This document shows, in pieces, positions 22,089-22,534 of a stretch of 22,534 bases of DNA (position 1 is the stretch's first letter; the number at the start of each line of letters is the position of its first letter). The DNA lies in the NCBI GenBank assembly GCA_026023565.1, contig JAPETS010000055.1:124001-146534 (forward strand), in the 5' to 3' direction. Made by a program: the position numbers and the translations under genes. The notes under the pieces are model-generated. The model was not told where the DNA came from and searched no databases. It worked only from the letters and a program-made list of their open reading frames with translations. The stretch comes from Cirrosporium novae-zelandiae (Eukaryota).

Positions 22089-22196
22089 GATAATCCAGTG
22101 TGTGTTGGCAAATAGACTGGACCGACCCCGATCCCAACTAAAAAGATCGGTCTGGTCTATTTGGTCTAGTCTATTTGCCAACACTGGGGGAATATC
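22089..22196. repeat. Long imperfect inverted repeat (hairpin)
   Basis: GTGTTGGCAAATAGACT (22102-22118) is the exact reverse complement of 22168-22184. Pairing extends inward and outward, with an inner stem CCGATC/GATCGG. Confidence 0.9.
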
Positions 22197-22509
22197 AACT
22201 TGTCCCGTTGTTGTTGTTATTGCATTGGATGAAGAAGGGATGGAATTCACGGTGGCTTGATTGATTCCTTTCGTGTTTGTCCCTTTAATTCTCGATATCA
22301 AGATTGAGGGATTTCTGCTATAACATGTAGTCTAATCTACGTACTTTATACATGACAGGTTAGGTCGGTAGGTCTCTCTATAAGAAGTTTAGTTCGTTGT
22401 TTGTTACACATATTCTCCTACAAAATTGAAAATCGACTTGGGGAAAACGGTCTAGTTATTGGTAGGTTCTCATACTTGTACATATCAATGTTAAACGGCT
22501 TGTTCGCAG

Positions 22510-22534
22510 CCCCCCCCCCCCCCCCCCCCCCCCC
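22510..22534. repeat. Poly-C run (25 nt) reaching the end of the window
   Basis: Read directly from the sequence. May mark an assembly break. Confidence 0.9.

Noticed and set aside
21981..22301. 106-aa minus-strand ORF and nearby low-complexity ORFs
   Set aside because: Non-ATG start, runs through the hairpin and microsatellites, and has no protein-family features.
22510..22534. Terminal poly-C as a biological element
   Set aside because: It runs to the window end, so its length and authenticity cannot be judged. It may be an assembly break or a poly-G sequencing artefact.

Overview
Eukaryotic, filamentous-ascomycete-type (Pezizomycotina-like) genomic DNA, judged from short GT-AG introns with CTAAY branch sites and a fungal URA2-type gene. 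Three protein-coding genes can be fully reconstructed. (1) URA2/pyrABCN-type glutamine-dependent carbamoyl-phosphate synthetase-aspartate transcarbamylase with a pseudo-dihydroorotase domain (minus strand, 2 exons, 2284 aa). (2) A divergently transcribed YVC1/TRP-like cation channel (plus strand, 2 exons, 1191 aa). (3) A CSC1/OSCA/TMEM63 (RSN1/PHM7, DUF221) channel (plus strand, 8 exons, 879 aa). The flanks (1-2980 and 20500-22534) have no recognisable protein-coding sequence. They contain microsatellites, G-quadruplex and Z-DNA-prone tracts and several hairpins. The best hairpin is a ~100-nt pre-miRNA/MITE-like inverted repeat at 22089-22196. I found no tRNA, rRNA, CRISPR array or intact transposon, and no clearly new multi-gene system. 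The most interesting leads are non-coding and splicing-related.
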